Assembly (NCBI GenBank): GCA_041562555.1
Contig: JBFEXS010000049.1
Coordinates: forward strand, 1-15,531
Origin: Sulfurimonadaceae bacterium
GTDB taxonomy: Bacteria; Campylobacterota; Campylobacteria; Campylobacterales; Sulfurimonadaceae
Direction of reading: 5' to 3'
DNA length: 15,531 nucleotides
Of this stretch, positions 12,503 to 15,531 are shown in pieces. Made by a program: the position numbers and the translations under genes. A model generated the notes under the pieces. It was given only the letters and a program-made list of their open reading frames with translations. It ran no database searches and was not told the DNA's origin. The first letter of the stretch is position 1; every line of letters starts with the position of its first letter.

Positions 12503-14931
12503 GATGCAGACTCCTCAGTAGAAAAATTGAACTTAATATTGCGTTTAACCACATTTTGCAAATAATCAGGTGAATATGGTTTGGTAATATATTCAACCAT
12601 ACCGGATTCAACCCCACGCATCCTGTCTGATTTACCGGTTCTTGACGTTACAGCAATAAGTGGCAGGTTTTTATATTTGTTATATTTTTTGATCTCTGAT
12701 GCCAAAGTATAGCCATCCATACGCGGCATTTCGATATCGATCAACAGTGCATCAAACTGATGTTCCCCCGACTTCAGAGTGTTCAGCGCTTCAACACCAT
12801 CAGCCGCTTCCACAAGGGTAATACCTAGAGGTTTCAATGCCATTGACATGATCTTTCTATCGGTTTTGGAATCATCAATGATCATCACCTTGTAATCACT
12901 CGGCTGTGTCTTTTCCTGAACAGATTGGGAACTCAAGGCACCTTCGCTTGCTATAGATGACTTGATTGTTTTAGCCATATGCATCAAGGCAGCGACATCC
13001 ACAATCAATGTTACGCCACCGTCGCCCCGTATTGTAGCTCCCGCAATACCATCCATGCCGTGTAAGTACTCACCCATGGACTTGATGACGATCTCCTCTT
13101 GTCCGACCAAGGTATCGACGATCAGACCGATCTTCGTCTCCGCCAAACCAAGAACAACCACATAAGCATGTTCACTTGTATCAAAGACATGCTCCACCTC
13201 AAATATATCCGCAATATGGACCAATGAGAGGACTTCATTTCTCAAGCGCATGACCGAACGGTTCTCGACTGTGTAGATCTCTTCTTTACTGATACGCACG
13301 GTCTCGAGAACAGAAGCCAACGGGATCGCATAGTATTCTTCCTGAACACCCACGAGAAGTGCTTGAATGATCGCCAGGGTAAGCGGAATCTTAAGCTTCA
13401 TAATCGTACCCTTGCCTAACTCACTCTCTATATCAATGATCCCGTTCAGTTTTTCAATATTGGTTTTTACAACATCCATTCCGACCCCGCGGCCCGAAAC
13501 ATTGGTAACCTGAGCCGCCGTTGAGAATCCAGGACGGAAGATAAGACCAAAGGCTTCTTTATCCCCCATGTTATCCGCTTCTTTCTCAGAGATAACACCT
13601 TTCTCAATAGACTTGGCCTTTAAGAAATCAGGATCCATCCCAGCACCGTCATCCGTGATCTGAATAACGATATGATTACCTTCATTATAGGCCTTTAGTC
13701 CAATTGTTCCCATTTCAGGCTTTCCTGCAGCCACACGTCTTTCGATGTCCTCGATCCCATGGTCACAGGAATTACGGATAATGTGTACTAACGGATCTCC
13801 GATCTCCTCGACAATCGATTTGTCAAGTTCTGTCTCTTCACCGCTGATCTCGAGCTCAATCTTCTTGTTTAACTCTCTGGAAAGGTCACGGATCATACGA
13901 GGGAACTTGTTAAACACTTTACCGATAGGCAGCATTCTTGTCTTCATAACCGCAATCTGCAGATCCGTTGTTACAAGTGAGACGATCGATACGACTTGAT
14001 TTAACTCTTCCAGGAACTCTTCACCTTCATAGCGTTCTTCAACATCATCATTGATCTTGATCAGGCGGTTTTTCCCCAGTACAAGTTCTCCGATCAGGTT
14101 CATCAGATGATCAAGACGCTTGACATCGACACGGATCGTCTGCTCGACTGTAGTTGCCGCCGGTGGGGATGCTTTCTTCTCTACCTTTGGTGCAGCCTGA
14201 GCTGCAGGCGGTGTTGGTGCAGCAGGAGCCGGTGTTGGCACAGGGGCTGCTTCTGCAGCAGGTTCTTCTGCTTTGGATTCTTCTACTTCTGCATTTGGTT
14301 CATCAGGCATTTGAGGCACTTCTTCACCCGCGGCCAGTTTCGCTTCACGCTTAGCCCTGTCTTCAGCCTGACGTTCAGCCAATAGACGTGCGATCTCCGC
14401 TTCAACATCTTCATCACTCATGTTGGCATAATCAGGCTCTTCTGTCTGCTCACTCGCCTGGACTTCAACGGCAGCTTCCCCTGTGACAGACCCCTCATCC
14501 GAAGTTACAGGAGCACTCTGTTCAACCACAACTTCTGATGGGCTTTCACCGTTTGTTATTGCTAACAAGCGGGCAACACAAGGTTCGACATCAATCCCCT
14601 CATCTTTGCTGGTATCGCGTATAGTACTCAACAGTGTCTTCATCAAATCAATTGATTCAAGGACGACATCCATGATCTCAGCATCGATCACAAGTTCGCC
14701 ATGACGTGCCTTGTTCAGAACATCTTCCATGTGGTGTGTCAAGTGGGTCAATACATCGAAATTTAAAAATGAGCTGGCACCCTTTACCGTATGTGCGACC
14801 CTGAAGATACGATTTAAAAGATCCAAATCCTCAGGTGAACTCTCTAACTCTACAAGATCCTGATCCAGTTGCTCGATCAATTCAAAAGATTCAATTAAGA
14901 AATCTTGTAATATCTCCTGAAACTCATCCAT
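12499..14931 (-). CDS. cheA: Chemotaxis histidine kinase CheA with fused C-terminal receiver (CheAY hybrid)
   Basis: Hpt motif FRVAHTVKG, dimerisation motif TIRVDVKRLD.LMNLIGELV, HATPase motifs IRNSCDHGIE/DDGAG/GFSTA..SGRGVGMDVV, a CheW-like P5, and a receiver (IIDDS, DIEMPRMDG, YITKP). Confidence 0.97.
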   Translation of the reverse strand: MDEFQEILQDFLIESFELIEQLDQDLVELESSPEDLDLLNRIFRVAHTVKGASSFLNFDVLTHLTHHMEDVLNKARHGELVIDAEIMDVVLESIDLMKTLLSTIRDTSKDEGIDVEPCVARLLAITNGESPSEVVVEQSAPVTSDEGSVTGEAAVEVQASEQTEEPDYANMSDEDVEAEIARLLAERQAEDRAKREAKLAAGEEVPQMPDEPNAEVEESKAEEPAAEAAPVPTPAPAAPTPPAAQAAPKVEKKASPPAATTVEQTIRVDVKRLDHLMNLIGELVLGKNRLIKINDDVEERYEGEEFLEELNQVVSIVSLVTTDLQIAVMKTRMLPIGKVFNKFPRMIRDLSRELNKKIELEISGEETELDKSIVEEIGDPLVHIIRNSCDHGIEDIERRVAAGKPEMGTIGLKAYNEGNHIVIQITDDGAGMDPDFLKAKSIEKGVISEKEADNMGDKEAFGLIFRPGFSTAAQVTNVSGRGVGMDVVKTNIEKLNGIIDIESELGKGTIMKLKIPLTLAIIQALLVGVQEEYYAIPLASVLETVRISKEEIYTVENRSVMRLRNEVLSLVHIADIFEVEHVFDTSEHAYVVVLGLAETKIGLIVDTLVGQEEIVIKSMGEYLHGMDGIAGATIRGDGGVTLIVDVAALMHMAKTIKSSIASEGALSSQSVQEKTQPSDYKVMIIDDSKTDRKIMSMALKPLGITLVEAADGVEALNTLKSGEHQFDALLIDIEMPRMDGYTLASEIKKYNKYKNLPLIAVTSRTGKSDRMRGVESGMVEYITKPYSPDYLQNVVKRNIKFNFSTEESAS

Positions 14932-14933
14932 GT

Positions 14934-15531
14934 TTACGCCCCTTGTTCAACGTGTGATTTTACGATACGCGCCACTTCGTCATAGAAGGTAGTAGCATCA
15001 AATTTAACCAAATAAGCTTCCCCACCTGCTTCTTTTCCACGGATCTCGGAGAAATGATCCGAGATCGAAGAGTTGAAAACGATCGGGATATTGGCGAAGC
15101 GAACATCTTCTTTTGCATTTGCAGCAAAATGGAATCCATCCATGCGCGGCATCTCGACATCTGAGACGATCAGTTTAAGATGCTGAGACAACTGATCCTC
15201 ATACATGTCATACAGATCCTGAAGCTTTTGTAAGCCCTCTTCCCCATCAACTGCTTCGACGACCTTAAAGCCCATCTCCACAAGTGCATCCTTGACAATC
15301 TTTCTTGCCGTAGCACTGTCATCCAGTAAGAGGACAATTCCCGAGAACTGGTCTTTATGTGCAGCCACATCCCCATTATCCGGTGCATAAAGACCAAGTT
15401 CCTGCACCACATTCTCAAGATCCAGAATAAGCAGTACGGCATCATCCTCGATACGGGTCACACCTGTTATCTTGCTCTTGTCCAGAGCACCGTCACCTGC
15501 TGCGAAAGAAGCCGGTTCAATATCTTTCCAT
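14934..15531 (-). CDS. cheV: Chemotaxis protein CheV (CheW-receiver), C-terminal part; runs off the right edge
   Basis: The frame stays open to the window edge: WKDIEPASFAAGDGALDKSKITGVTRIE..LLILDLE (end of the CheW domain), then a receiver with LLDDS, SDVEMPRMDG, FNSS and YLVKF. The cheV-cheA-cheW order is conserved in Campylobacterota. The ORF-track start at 15461 is an internal GTG. Confidence 0.93.
   Translation of the reverse strand, partial: WKDIEPASFAAGDGALDKSKITGVTRIEDDAVLLILDLENVVQELGLYAPDNGDVAAHKDQFSGIVLLLDDSATARKIVKDALVEMGFKVVEAVDGEEGLQKLQDLYDMYEDQLSQHLKLIVSDVEMPRMDGFHFAANAKEDVRFANIPIVFNSSISDHFSEIRGKEAGGEAYLVKFDATTFYDEVARIVKSHVEQGA

Noticed and set aside
12499..12890. Receiver domain fused to CheA as a novelty
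   Set aside because: The CheAY hybrid is the standard architecture in Campylobacter/Helicobacter and relatives.

Overview
This 15.5 kb window is chromosomal DNA from a Campylobacterota (epsilonproteobacterial) organism, probably Sulfurimonas/Sulfuricurvum-like; the taxonomy is inferred from gene order, protein sequences and promoter style. The left part is conserved core: the 5' end of ilvC (minus strand), then divergently HDOD-rnr-holA and rpsF-ssb-rpsR, preceded by an expanded S6:S18-type leader RNA. The right part holds cheV (partial)-cheA(Y)-cheW on the minus strand, metF on the plus strand, and serB plus a small sigma-70 region-4-like HTH gene on the minus strand. Between them (about 5.6-10.1 kb) is an accessory stretch encoding an ankyrin-repeat protein, a secreted 7-repeat beta-propeller fused to a C-terminal OmpA/MotB-family domain resembling Zorya ZorB (no ZorA/MotA partner in the window), a small monoheme cytochrome c ending in a Cys motif, and a small secreted protein. 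No mobile element, CRISPR array, tRNA or rRNA was seen. All family calls come from motif recognition, with no database searches.
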